In this document: piece after piece, positions 1 to 9,169 of the stretch | How positions within the stretch are numbered: the first letter of the stretch is position 1 | Layout of the letters: each line of letters starts with the position of its first letter | Assembly: GCA_036642175.1 (NCBI GenBank) | Contig: JAVWDK010000001.1 | Location: 1-38,904 of the forward strand | Source: Bacilli bacterium | GTDB lineage: Bacteria; Bacillota_I; Bacilli_A; RF39; UBA660 | Direction of reading: 5' to 3' | Length of the DNA stretch: 38,904 nucleotides | Position numbers and translations under genes: made by a program | Notes under the pieces: generated by a model | What the model was told of the DNA's origin: nothing | What the model saw: the letters and a program-made list of their open reading frames with translations, nothing else | Database searches by the model: none

Positions 1-230
1 AAAGCTTAAAAAATTAGAGCATTTTGAAAACAAAAATATTGATAATAATGCAAATATAATATGCATTAATCTAAAATTTTTAATTAATAAAGCATAAGGT
101 TTTCTTAAAATCATTTTATCAGTCCTTCTATTCTAGATATAGTATAACCTAGAATAAAAGCAAAAGCAATTTTTTATAACAATATTTTTTACAAATTTTT
201 GATCAACTAATTTATCACTTATTATATTAT

Positions 231-252
231 AAAAAAAAAGATATTTCTATCT
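231..252 (-). terminator. Weak candidate intrinsic terminator after rpsR
   Basis: The minus strand reads AGATA-GAAA-TATCT (5-bp stem, GAAA loop) followed by a run of 8-9 T. The stem overlaps the rpsR TAG stop. It has only one G:C pair, so it is weak. Confidence 0.3.
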
Positions 253-469
253 ATTTTGTAAATGGAACTAAAGCCATAAAACGAGCTTTTTTAACTTCAT
301 CAGCTATATGTCTTTGATGTTTAGCACATGCTCCAGTCATTCTTCTAGGTAATATCTTTTTACTTTCATTACTTATATATTTTTTAATTATGTCAATATC
401 TTTATAATCAACGCTTTTTCCAGCACACATTTGACATATTTTTTTCTTTTTTCTATAAAATTCAGCCAT
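251..469 (-). CDS. rpsR: 30S ribosomal protein S18
   Basis: 72-aa ORF with ATG at 467-469. It has the S18 signature region PRRMTGACAKHQRHIADEVKKARFMALVPF. It sits in the canonical rpsF-ssb-rpsR order. Confidence 0.95.
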   Translation of the reverse strand: MAEFYRKKKKICQMCAGKSVDYKDIDIIKKYISNESKKILPRRMTGACAKHQRHIADEVKKARFMALVPFTK

Positions 470-481
470 GTTTATTCCTCC

Positions 482-943
482 TTATTCTAAGAAATTGTCA
501 TCAATAGTAACTTCTTCACCATATTCTGCAAAAGGACTTGCTTCAACATTAACATTATTTCCTTGTACATTAGCTTGATAATCATAAGGACTTGTATCAG
601 CCCCTTGACTACGTGCTTGATTTTGTGATTTAGTATCTAAAAATTCAACACTATCGGCAGCAACTTCTACTGTATAACGCTTATTTCCGTCTTTATCATC
701 ATAACTACCAGTCTGAATTCTTCCTTCAATTGAAACACGACTACCTTTATCTAAATAATTACAAACATTTTCAGCTTGTTTTCTCCAAATAATAATATTT
801 ATAAAATCGGCTTCTCTTTGGCCCTGACTGTTAGTAAAATTACGATTTACTGCAACAGAAAATCTTGAATATGGTAAATTAGAACTAGTATATCTTAATT
901 CAGGTTTACCAGTAAGTCTTCCTATTAATAAAACTTTATTCAT
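482..943 (-). CDS. ssb: Single-stranded DNA-binding protein
   Basis: The N-terminal OB fold (MNKVLLIGRLTGKPELRYT ... RFSVAVNR ... ADFINIIIWRKQAENV) is typical SSB. A low-complexity Q/N/G-rich linker and an acidic tail follow. The gene lies between rpsF and rpsR. Confidence 0.93.
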   Translation of the reverse strand: MNKVLLIGRLTGKPELRYTSSNLPYSRFSVAVNRNFTNSQGQREADFINIIIWRKQAENVCNYLDKGSRVSIEGRIQTGSYDDKDGNKRYTVEVAADSVEFLDTKSQNQARSQGADTSPYDYQANVQGNNVNVEASPFAEYGEEVTIDDNFLE

Positions 944-955
944 ATTTTTTCTCCA

Positions 956-1246
956 TTAAACTTCTACTTTAGTTATTAAATGGCGAATAATATCACCACT
1001 TATTAAAGCTAAGCGATCAAACTCTTTAATAGCTTTGTCATCATTACTTAAAATAGTATATATATAATAATATCCACTATTAAACTTTTTAATTTCATAA
1101 GCTAATTCTCTTTGTCCAACTTCTTTAACATCTTTAATTGTCGCACCATTATCAGTTAAGATTTTTTCAAAATTCAATGCAGTTTTTTTGATTTCATCTT
1201 CTCCTAATGTTGGTCTAACGATAAACATGATTTCATAGTTTCTCAT
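956..1246 (-). CDS. rpsF: 30S ribosomal protein S6
   Basis: The ORF track extends to 1306. The S6 N-terminus MRNYEIMFIVRP starts at the ATG at 1244-1246, 8 nt downstream of an AAGGAGGTGG Shine-Dalgarno (1251-1260). Confidence 0.9.
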   Translation of the reverse strand: MRNYEIMFIVRPTLGEDEIKKTALNFEKILTDNGATIKDVKEVGQRELAYEIKKFNSGYYYIYTILSNDDKAIKEFDRLALISGDIIRHLITKVEV

Positions 1247-1312
1247 TTTTCCACCTCCTTCTGGTCTTACGGCTTTAAATAAAGCAAGGAGTAATTTAAT
1301 ACTCAAGACAGA

Positions 1313-2050
1313 TTATAGCAAATTTTTTTGTTTATGTAAACAATTTTTGTTAAAATAAACAGGAATATAAGCAATAAGCATAATTAATATTGCTGCTACT
1401 TCTAAAAGAACTGCAGGATAATCAATTTTTCTAAATATTGGATATAATTCCAAAAAAAACTCTGGTAAGCTATTGGACATAATATAATTTGTTTTAAAAA
1501 TATAATTAAATCCACACATAAATATAAAAACCGCATTAATAAAGACAAAAGTCCTAATTACATCTTTCTTTTCTATTTTGTAATTATATGCATAATATAA
1601 AAACAAATTACCACATAAAAATAAATGATGACTAATAAAAAATTGATAAAAAACAAATGAATTAGGTGGATAAACATCAGGCCAAATTATTGCAACTAAG
1701 GGGCCTATATATCCTAAAAAATAAGTAATTTTAATTAAACTCTTTTTTTTAAAAAACCAAGCATACATAAATAAATAACCAGAAATAAAACAAAAATGAA
1801 AAGGCAAATTAGTCTTATAATCATATGTTCCATATATAATCTCTGATAAATAATATATACTCATATTTAAAAACATAATAGCAATTAAAAAAATAGTTAT
1901 TTTTCTTTTTGTTTTATCACTTAAACTATAAATTTTCTTACGATTAATTACAATAAAAACTATTCCAATAACAACTATTAAAATACATATTAAATGAACA
2001 ATTCCAAAGGTTTCTAATAAATCTTTTTTACCAACAAAAAACTCTCTCAT
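1313..2050 (-). CDS. Multi-pass integral membrane protein (possibly YwaF/TIGR02206-like)
   Basis: Hydrophobic ORF with about 7 predicted TM segments. The preferred start is MREFF at 2048-2050, preceded by AGGAG (2055-2059), which avoids overlap with ychF. The family assignment is from memory only. Confidence 0.55.
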   Translation of the reverse strand: MREFFVGKKDLLETFGIVHLICILIVVIGIVFIVINRKKIYSLSDKTKRKITIFLIAIMFLNMSIYYLSEIIYGTYDYKTNLPFHFCFISGYLFMYAWFFKKKSLIKITYFLGYIGPLVAIIWPDVYPPNSFVFYQFFISHHLFLCGNLFLYYAYNYKIEKKDVIRTFVFINAVFIFMCGFNYIFKTNYIMSNSLPEFFLELYPIFRKIDYPAVLLEVAAILIMLIAYIPVYFNKNCLHKQKNLL

Positions 2051-2057
2051 AATACTC

Positions 2058-3158
2058 CTAAACGTTAAATCTAAAGGTACAAATATCACCATCTTGCATT
2101 ATGTATTCTTTACCTTCTAAACGCATTCTCCCTGCTTCTTTAACAGCTTTCTCAGAACCATATTTTTCTAAATCAATATAACTCATAACTTCAGCTTTTA
2201 TAAAACCTCGTTCAAAATCAGTATGAATAATTCCTGCACAAGCCGGTGCCTTCATACCTTTATGATAAGTCCAAGCTTTTACTTCATCTGTTCCAACCGT
2301 AAAGTATGTAGCAAGGCCCAATAAATTATATGTGGCTTTTATTAATTTATCTAAACCACTTTCTTTAATATTTAAATCAACTAAAAACATATTTTTTTCA
2401 TCATCATTTAATTCACTTAATTCAGACTCAATTTTAGCACAAACAGTTATAACACTACTATTTTCAGCTTTGGCATATTCAATTACTTTATCAACATAAA
2501 TATTTCCATTATTAAGTAAATCTTCTTCATTAATATTTGCCATATATATAATAGGTTTTAATGTAAGTAAATTAAAAGATGAAATAAAGTTCAATTCTTC
2601 TTCATTTAGTTCTAATTTACGAACTGGCTCATTTTTTAATAAAGATTCTCTTATTTTTTCCATTAAAACAGTTTCTTTTATAGTTTCTTTATCCTTTGCC
2701 ATCATTGCTTTTTTTCCAAGTCGTTTAATCCTATTTTCAATAATTTCTAAATCAGCTAATATAAGTTCAATACCAACAATTTCAATATCTCTAATAGGAT
2801 CAACATTACCTTCAACATGAATAATATTATTATCAACAAAACATCTTACAACTTCACAAATTGCATCAACTTCTCTTATATAAGATAAGAATTTATTGCC
2901 AAGGCCTTCGCCTTTAGAAGCGCCTTTTACTAGCCCAGCAATATCTGTAAATTCAAAATTAGTAGGAATTAGCCTATCTGGAATATAAAGATTTTCCAAA
3001 AATTGAAGTCTAACATCTGGTACAGTTACCATTCCCACATTTGGATCAATTGTTGCAAACGGATAATTAGCTGCTAAAATGTTTTTCTTTGTTATTGCAT
3101 TAAATAAAGTTGATTTACCAACATTGGGTAATCCAATAATTCCTGCAGTTAAACTCAT
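2058..3158 (-). CDS. ychF: Redox-regulated ribosome-binding ATPase YchF
   Basis: 366 aa with G1 motif GIIGLPNVGKSTLFNA. It has a coiled-coil insert and a TGS-like C-terminus (GFIKAEV ... MRLEGKEYIMQDGDI). Confidence 0.95.
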   Translation of the reverse strand: MSLTAGIIGLPNVGKSTLFNAITKKNILAANYPFATIDPNVGMVTVPDVRLQFLENLYIPDRLIPTNFEFTDIAGLVKGASKGEGLGNKFLSYIREVDAICEVVRCFVDNNIIHVEGNVDPIRDIEIVGIELILADLEIIENRIKRLGKKAMMAKDKETIKETVLMEKIRESLLKNEPVRKLELNEEELNFISSFNLLTLKPIIYMANINEEDLLNNGNIYVDKVIEYAKAENSSVITVCAKIESELSELNDDEKNMFLVDLNIKESGLDKLIKATYNLLGLATYFTVGTDEVKAWTYHKGMKAPACAGIIHTDFERGFIKAEVMSYIDLEKYGSEKAVKEAGRMRLEGKEYIMQDGDICTFRFNV

Positions 3159-3271
3159 AAACTTCCTCCTAATATAATGTGCTTATAATTATTAATCACA
3201 TTTTCTTTTATATTCTATATCAAAATATCTATAAAACTTATAATAACTTATTCTAAGTTATTAATAAACTA

Positions 3272-4777
3272 TTATAATGATGGAAATGAATTGATTCCTA
3301 AAGGCAATCCTATTAAAAACCAACTTAATAATATTAATAATAATAATCCTGATAAAATCATTGTTACTGGAAAAGTTAATTTAATTATACCAAACAATGA
3401 AATATCATTTTGATTTTTATATTTATAAATCAAACCAAGCATAATTATATAATAAGGAAAAATAGGTGTTAAAACTTTCCCAACACTATCAGCAACACTA
3501 AACATATGCTGTGTATAATCAGGAGTTATATTAGATCTCATAAATAAAGGAATTATAATTGGGGAAAATAATATCCACTTATCCATACTAGAAGGAATTA
3601 AAATAGTAATAAAAACAATTATTAAAAAAGATATAAATATTAGTGGTAATCCTGAAAATTGTAAGCCACTCATAAAATCTAATAAATTAACAGTTATAAC
3701 ATTACCAATATTAGTCCATTCCAATAAACCAATTAATTGTGATATAAAAAATATTAAAACAAATATATATCCAGTTTTATCAAAAACAGCTGCTAAGCCT
3801 TCATTATAGTCATAAGATGTTTTAATGTTTTTAGATATTTTACCATAAATAAAACTACAAATCATCATTATAATCATAACTATATAAGGAAATCCAATAT
3901 TAAATGGTGAATTATCACCAAGTAACATCGCAATATATTTTGGTTGTTCCTTATCAAGCAAAAATCCCATATAAGGTGACCCTGGTATAATCAAATAAAT
4001 AATTAACAAAAGTAATAACATCAATGCCATTAAAGTATATTGACCAGCTTCTTTTGATATAATTATTTCATCTTCTTTAACTTCTGGATTATTAAATTTA
4101 GGAGCAATTTTAGTTTCAATTAAATTAGAACAAACAATAACTAAAACAGCTGAACTAAAAATCATTATATATAAATTTGATAATAAATTAAAAGAATAGG
4201 TTTTATCAACATCTACTTGTGCAGATAATTCAGTCATTATTCCTAATGAATAATCTTGATAATCATAAAATATACCAAGTCCATATCCTAATGTTAATGC
4301 TAAAAAAACAGTTATTATTCCTAAAATAGGATTTTTACCGATATGTTTGTAAATTAAAGCAACAAACGGCATTAAAAAAGCAAAACTATAATCACCAAAA
4401 AATATACTAATAATACTTATTGTCATAACTAAAATCGTTAAATATTTGAATTTTAACTTTTTTATCTTTTCAGCAATAGCTTTTAATAAGCCACTTCTTT
4501 CAGCTATTCCTAAACTAATTAAAGACATTATTAAATAAAATAATGGTTTAAATGTTTGTAAATTAATAATGGAATTACCAAAAAAGCTCTTAATTCCTTC
4601 TATTGAAAAAATATTTTTTATAGTAATTAAATATGTTTCTAAAATACCATTAGTAATAATTGTTTGTTGCCCCTCAAATCCAATTAAAGAAAGAATGGAA
4701 GTAATAATCATTACAATAATAGTTATTAGAATAATTGTTGTTACTGGGCCTAATGTTTTATTCTTCTTTTTTCTCAT
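3272..4777 (-). CDS. AbgT-family (p-aminobenzoyl-glutamate type) transporter
   Basis: 501-aa polytopic membrane protein. The N-terminal region, including GIAERSGLLKAI, resembles the AbgT family motif (GVAE.SGL). The size is typical of the family. Confidence 0.65.
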   Translation of the reverse strand: MRKKKNKTLGPVTTIILITIIVMIITSILSLIGFEGQQTIITNGILETYLITIKNIFSIEGIKSFFGNSIINLQTFKPLFYLIMSLISLGIAERSGLLKAIAEKIKKLKFKYLTILVMTISIISIFFGDYSFAFLMPFVALIYKHIGKNPILGIITVFLALTLGYGLGIFYDYQDYSLGIMTELSAQVDVDKTYSFNLLSNLYIMIFSSAVLVIVCSNLIETKIAPKFNNPEVKEDEIIISKEAGQYTLMALMLLLLLIIYLIIPGSPYMGFLLDKEQPKYIAMLLGDNSPFNIGFPYIVMIIMMICSFIYGKISKNIKTSYDYNEGLAAVFDKTGYIFVLIFFISQLIGLLEWTNIGNVITVNLLDFMSGLQFSGLPLIFISFLIIVFITILIPSSMDKWILFSPIIIPLFMRSNITPDYTQHMFSVADSVGKVLTPIFPYYIIMLGLIYKYKNQNDISLFGIIKLTFPVTMILSGLLLLILLSWFLIGLPLGINSFPSL

Positions 4778-4784
4778 AATACTC

Positions 4785-4964
4785 CTATTTAACTTTTTTT
4801 AATTTTTTATTAAAATCAATTCTTGGCATCATAATACTGCGTCCACACTTCAAACATTTGATTTTAATATCTGCTCCAACCCTTGTTATTTCCCATTCAT
4901 TAGTGCCACAAGGATGAGGCTTTTTCATTATAACAATATCACTTAGTTTATACTCTTTAAGCAT
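4785..4964 (-). CDS. DUF951 (YyzM-like) small protein; not in the ORF track
   Basis: Hand translation gives MLKEYKLSDIVIMKKPHPCGTNEWEITRVGADIKIKCLKCGRSIMMPRIDFNKKLKKVK (59 aa, TAG at 4785-4787). The KKPHPCG ... C..C core matches the DUF951 family that sits near ychF in Bacillus. The ATG (4962-4964) overlaps the upstream MscS stop by 8 nt. An alternative start is at 4928. Confidence 0.7.
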   Translation of the reverse strand: MLKEYKLSDIVIMKKPHPCGTNEWEITRVGADIKIKCLKCGRSIMMPRIDFNKKLKKVK

Positions 4965-5742
4965 TATGTATTACCAGTTGTGGAAAAGGTACTTCTATTT
5001 TATTTTTTTCTAATACTTCGATTAACTCTTTTCTTAAAATTCTTTCTATTTCATATTGTTCCATCGGAGCCGTTTCAACAACTATACGGTAAATAATTGC
5101 TGATTCGCTTAATTTTTGAATACCTAAACATGTAATATCACTTTTTAAATTCGATAATGATTTAGTCAACTTTTCACAAGTTTCATTTAAAACTTTTTCA
5201 ATTTTATTTAAATCAGAATTATAAGCAATCGCTATATCAACAATCGCTAAAGAATTAGCAATTGAATGATTTATTATTTCTGTAATTGTTCTATTAGCAA
5301 ATATTCTTATTTCCCCTTTAAAAGATTTGACTCTTGTACTTTTCATACTTAAATAAATTACTTCACCTTGAAAACCATTAATTGTAACAATATCTCCAAT
5401 ACAATATTGATTTTCAAAAATAATTGACATTCCAGTAATAAAATCTTTTAATAAATCTTGTAATGCTAAACCAGCTACTAATCCCACCACACCTAAAGAT
5501 GTTACTAATGATTTAGTATCAATACCATATACATCCATAATCATTAAAATAGCTATTGTTATAAGAAATACTTTGATAATGTTTTTTATTAAAGCAGCAA
5601 TTGTCTTCTGCTTCTTACCATCAATTATTTTTATTTTAAATAAATTATTAATTATATGGTTTAATATTACCCATAATATTATACTAATAAATATAATGAG
5701 TATTGGTGCAATAATTTGTTTTGTTAATATTTTATCTAACAT
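4957..5742 (-). CDS. Small-conductance mechanosensitive channel (MscS family)
   Basis: 261 aa with N-terminal TM helices followed by the MscS beta-domain (GDIVTINGFQGEVIYLSMKSTRVKSFKGEIRIFAN). Confidence 0.8.
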   Translation of the reverse strand: MLDKILTKQIIAPILIIFISIILWVILNHIINNLFKIKIIDGKKQKTIAALIKNIIKVFLITIAILMIMDVYGIDTKSLVTSLGVVGLVAGLALQDLLKDFITGMSIIFENQYCIGDIVTINGFQGEVIYLSMKSTRVKSFKGEIRIFANRTITEIINHSIANSLAIVDIAIAYNSDLNKIEKVLNETCEKLTKSLSNLKSDITCLGIQKLSESAIIYRIVVETAPMEQYEIERILRKELIEVLEKNKIEVPFPQLVIHNA

Positions 5743-5743
5743 A

Positions 5744-6628
5744 TTAATCTTCCTTTATATTTATAATTTCTAAAATACGATTTAAATCAGCAATATTTGT
5801 AAAAGATATTTCAATTTTATGCTCTTTTATTTTAACTTTAGAATCTAGTTTCTCACTTAAAAGATTTTCTACATTTTTAAAATCACGATCTGATTCTCTT
5901 TTACGACGTTCAATTTTTATTTTTCTTTCAAAATCAGTTCCTTCCGCTAATCTTTCTACTTCTCTAACTGGTAAATTATTATTAGCGATTTTAAGAGCTA
6001 CTTCTTTAATTTTTTCCTCATCTTCTAATTTACTTAATACTCTAGCATGCCCCATTGAAATTTTATTTTCTTCAAGCATTTCTTGAACTTCTTTAGGAAG
6101 CCTTAATAATCCTAAAAGATTGGTAATATGACTTCTACTTTTTCCAACTTTTTTAGCAAGATCTTCTTGAGTTAAATTCAATTTTTCAATCATTTTTTTA
6201 TAAGCATTAGCTTCTTCAATAACATTTAAGTTTTCTCTTTGTAAGTTTTCTAATAAGGCAATTTCCATCATTTGTTCATCAGTAAATGATCTAATAATAG
6301 CGGGAATTGTTTTTAATCCAGCTAACTTTGAGGCTCTAACTCGCCTTTCTCCAGCAATTATTTCATAACCTTTAATACTTCTTTTTATAATAATTGGTTG
6401 AAAAACACCATGTTCCTTTATTGAGTCAGACAATTCTTGTAAAGCCGTATCTTTAAACTGCTTTCGTGGTTGATGAGGATTGGGTCTTAATTCTTCCAAA
6501 TTTACTTCAATAATTTCTTCATTAGTAACTGTTTCATAAATTTGCTTTTCAATTGTTTCTAAATCTAAATTGTCACTATTAAAAAGTTCTTCTAATCCAC
6601 GTCCTAAAGCTCTTTTTCTATTTTCCAT
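5744..6628 (-). CDS. parB: Chromosome partitioning protein ParB/Spo0J
   Basis: It has the N-terminal LGRGLEELF motif, the CTP-binding/arginine patch IIAGERRVRASKLAG, and the HTH LTQEDLAKKVGKSRSHITNLLGLLRLP. The ORF-track start at 6637 is a TTG. I prefer the ATG at 6626-6628. Confidence 0.9.
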   Translation of the reverse strand: MENRKRALGRGLEELFNSDNLDLETIEKQIYETVTNEEIIEVNLEELRPNPHQPRKQFKDTALQELSDSIKEHGVFQPIIIKRSIKGYEIIAGERRVRASKLAGLKTIPAIIRSFTDEQMMEIALLENLQRENLNVIEEANAYKKMIEKLNLTQEDLAKKVGKSRSHITNLLGLLRLPKEVQEMLEENKISMGHARVLSKLEDEEKIKEVALKIANNNLPVREVERLAEGTDFERKIKIERRKRESDRDFKNVENLLSEKLDSKVKIKEHKIEISFTNIADLNRILEIINIKED

Positions 6629-7403
6629 TATGTTCAATCACTTCCTTTGCTAAATTTATATACGCTTCTGTTCCACGACTATTTGGATCATAATATACAA
6701 TTGGCTTTCCATGACTAGGAGCTTCTGACAATCTAACTAACCTTGGAATAATTGTATCATATACTTTTTCTTTAAAATAGCTTTTAATTTCTTCTACTAC
6801 TTCTAATCCTAAATTAGTTCGATTGTCAAGCATAGTAAGTAAAACACCTTCTATTTCTAATTGAGTATTTAAACTCTTTTGAGCCATCATTATTGTATTT
6901 AATAATTGCATTATTCCTTCTAAGGCAAAAAATTCACATTGAACTGGTATCATTACTGAATCAGCTGCTGTTAATGCATTTGTCGTTAAAAGACCTAATG
7001 ATGGAGGACAATCAATTATAATAAAATCAAATACAGGTTTTAATAAATCAAGATGCTTTTTTAATTGACCATTTTTTAAAAATTCTTTGTTTTCACGGCT
7101 TTGTTCCATTAACTCAATATCAGCTCCCGCTAAACGAATGGTTGCTGGAAGAACATATAAGTTTTTATATTTTGTTTTAACAAGAACTTCTTTCATTGGT
7201 GATTTACCAATTAATAAATCATATATGCAATGATTTATTTCCATTTTATCAACACCAGTTCCGGTTGTTGAATTTCCTTGTGGATCTAAATCAACTAAAA
7301 GGACTTTTTGTTTTAAACATCCTAATGAAGCTGCTAGATTTATACTCGATGTGGTCTTACCAACACCGCCTTTTTGATTTACAAGTGCGATTATTTTTCC
7401 CAT
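6618..7403 (-). CDS. parA: Chromosome partitioning ATPase ParA/Soj
   Basis: It has the deviant Walker A NQKGGVGKTTSSINLA, DLDPQGN, and Walker B IIIDCPPSLG. Its stop overlaps the parB start region. Confidence 0.92.
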   Translation of the reverse strand: MGKIIALVNQKGGVGKTTSSINLAASLGCLKQKVLLVDLDPQGNSTTGTGVDKMEINHCIYDLLIGKSPMKEVLVKTKYKNLYVLPATIRLAGADIELMEQSRENKEFLKNGQLKKHLDLLKPVFDFIIIDCPPSLGLLTTNALTAADSVMIPVQCEFFALEGIMQLLNTIMMAQKSLNTQLEIEGVLLTMLDNRTNLGLEVVEEIKSYFKEKVYDTIIPRLVRLSEAPSHGKPIVYYDPNSRGTEAYINLAKEVIEHNGK

Positions 7404-7839
7404 TATACCACCAATTTTCTATTTATATAACAGTATATATTTTAACACAAAATATCAATTTAATCTACTATAATTTTTTGATGTAAAAACTCTTTTAGTA
7501 TGACTTTTTTTATGGTTAAATTGTGTTTTACTCTTTATTTACAATACTTTTATATTAAATAAAACTAATTAAGTCTATATAAATTTTGTAAATTTATCTT
7601 ATCAATTTACTACTTTTTAAAATAAAAGTCCTATTTAATTGTTTTAAACAAAAAAAAAGCAATCTTATTTATAACTTAGTTTTATCAATCTTCCATTTTA
7701 TAAATTGTAATTTATCAGAATAATTATTATCACTAATCATTTTCTTTTTAAATACAATAAAACATTAAAATTATAATAGTTATAAACTAAATACAATAAT
7801 ATTGATAGTACTTATTAATTCTAATTATAAAAAGATCAT

Positions 7840-9093
7840 TTAAACATTTCTATGAAAAGTTAAAATTTTTTGCGCTATTTCTTCTTTTCCACTTTCAGTT
7901 ATTCGTCCACACTTTCTTATTGCCTTAACAACATCTTCCATTTTAACTGTACTTTTATTTTGAATTCCAGCATAAGCAAAAGACTTTGCTAAAATAGATA
8001 AAGCTAAATCTGGATTATAATTAGCATCTGCTTTTATTCTAAATTGTTCATCTGATACACTCACAATACCGGCTAAAGCAATTGCTTTTTCCTGTTCATT
8101 TTTAATAAATTTAACATTTGTTTCTTGCTCATAATATTTTATTGAACTATCTAATATCCTAATTGTTGTTTCTAATGATGATTCTTCAATATTAATAATT
8201 TCAAAACGACGTTTAAAAGCTTTATCTTTAGATATTATTTTTTCATATTCTTCATTTGTTGTTGCCCCAATTATTTTGATTTTTCCTTCAGCTAAATACG
8301 GTTTTAAAATATTGGCAACATCAATATTAGTATTTTCACTCATTCCTGCACCTATTAAAGTATGAAATTCATCTATAAAAACAACTAATTTTTTTATACA
8401 AGCAATACTTTTTAATAACTCTTTCATTCTTTCTTCAAATTCACCACGATATTTAGTCCCAGCTACTAATAAACTAGAATCAAAAGAAACTATTTGAAAA
8501 TTTTTAAAACAAGCCGGTACTTGTCCCCTTTGTAAGCGATATGATAATCCTTCTACAATAGCAGTTTTGCCAACACCAGGATAACCAACTAACAACGGAC
8601 TTTTTTTAGGTGTTAATAAACAAGCTTCTAATTCAGCAAGTTCTTCATCTCTTCCAATTGCTGGATCCATTATATATAGCTTATTAGTTAAAATTTCTCC
8701 ATATTTTAAAATATTAGTTGGAACATCAAAATCATAAGAAAAATCTATATTGTCATCTAAATTGTTTTTATAAATATCTTCTTCTTTAAATGCCTGTCTT
8801 GCCTTTTCAATTAACTCAGGTGTTTCAATTACAATTAATTCATCATTTTCTATTCTGTAATAAATACTATTTTCAATATCAAACTGGCAAAGAACTTCTA
8901 AATCACCATTAATTGTAATACCATCATATTGATGATTTTTAAAGTTTAAAATAGGCACATATGTATTCGCAATATTTTTTTTTAACTGCAATTCAGAAAT
9001 AATTATCGTTTCTTCATATTTAAAAATTGCGATTTCTTGCTCTTCACTATTAATATATGCTGCTTTAAATACTAAAACTGTATTTGCCATCAT
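7840..9093 (-). CDS. Single-domain AAA+ ATPase homologous to the D1 ring of ClpA/ClpB/ClpC, with an unrecognised N-terminal domain
   Basis: 417 aa. From about residue 125 it aligns with Hsp100 D1:
- DPAIGRDEELAELEACLL
- Walker A VGYPGVGKTAIVEGL
- VAGTKYRGEFEERMKELL
- Walker B VVFIDEFHTLIGAG
- NILKPYLAEGKIKIIGATT
- KDKAFKRRFEII
It has no Clp_N repeats, no M-domain and no D2. Confidence 0.85.
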   Translation of the reverse strand: MMANTVLVFKAAYINSEEQEIAIFKYEETIIISELQLKKNIANTYVPILNFKNHQYDGITINGDLEVLCQFDIENSIYYRIENDELIVIETPELIEKARQAFKEEDIYKNNLDDNIDFSYDFDVPTNILKYGEILTNKLYIMDPAIGRDEELAELEACLLTPKKSPLLVGYPGVGKTAIVEGLSYRLQRGQVPACFKNFQIVSFDSSLLVAGTKYRGEFEERMKELLKSIACIKKLVVFIDEFHTLIGAGMSENTNIDVANILKPYLAEGKIKIIGATTNEEYEKIISKDKAFKRRFEIINIEESSLETTIRILDSSIKYYEQETNVKFIKNEQEKAIALAGIVSVSDEQFRIKADANYNPDLALSILAKSFAYAGIQNKSTVKMEDVVKAIRKCGRITESGKEEIAQKILTFHRNV

Positions 9094-9118
9094 AATTATT
9101 TACACCTCATAAGATGAT

Positions 9119-9147
9119 ATTCTAACAAAATACTTTATTATTGTCAA
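9119..9147 (-). promoter_or_regulatory. Near-consensus sigma-A-type promoter for the AAA+ gene
   Basis: The minus strand reads TTGACA (9147-9142), a 17-nt spacer, then TAGAAT (9124-9119). A GAGGTG ribosome-binding site (9104-9109) lies 10 nt before the ATG at 9093. Confidence 0.5.
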
Positions 9148-9169
9148 TTAAAGACTAAACTTTTTACAA

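Noticed and set aside
2-97. Open plus-strand frame (31 codons ending TAA at 95-97) that could be the 3-prime end of a gene convergent with rpsR, followed by an 11-of-12-bp inverted repeat at 125-160
   Set aside because: It is too short and has no recognisable motif, and it is truncated by the window edge. I cannot distinguish it from chance, so I did not list it as a feature.
4979-4987. DnaA-box-like 9-mer TGTGGAAAA (TTTTCCACA, 8 of 9), plus scattered 7-of-9 matches near 7906 and 22915
   Set aside because: They are isolated, lie inside coding sequence and are not clustered or associated with an AT-rich unwinding element. No oriC call is justified inside the window.
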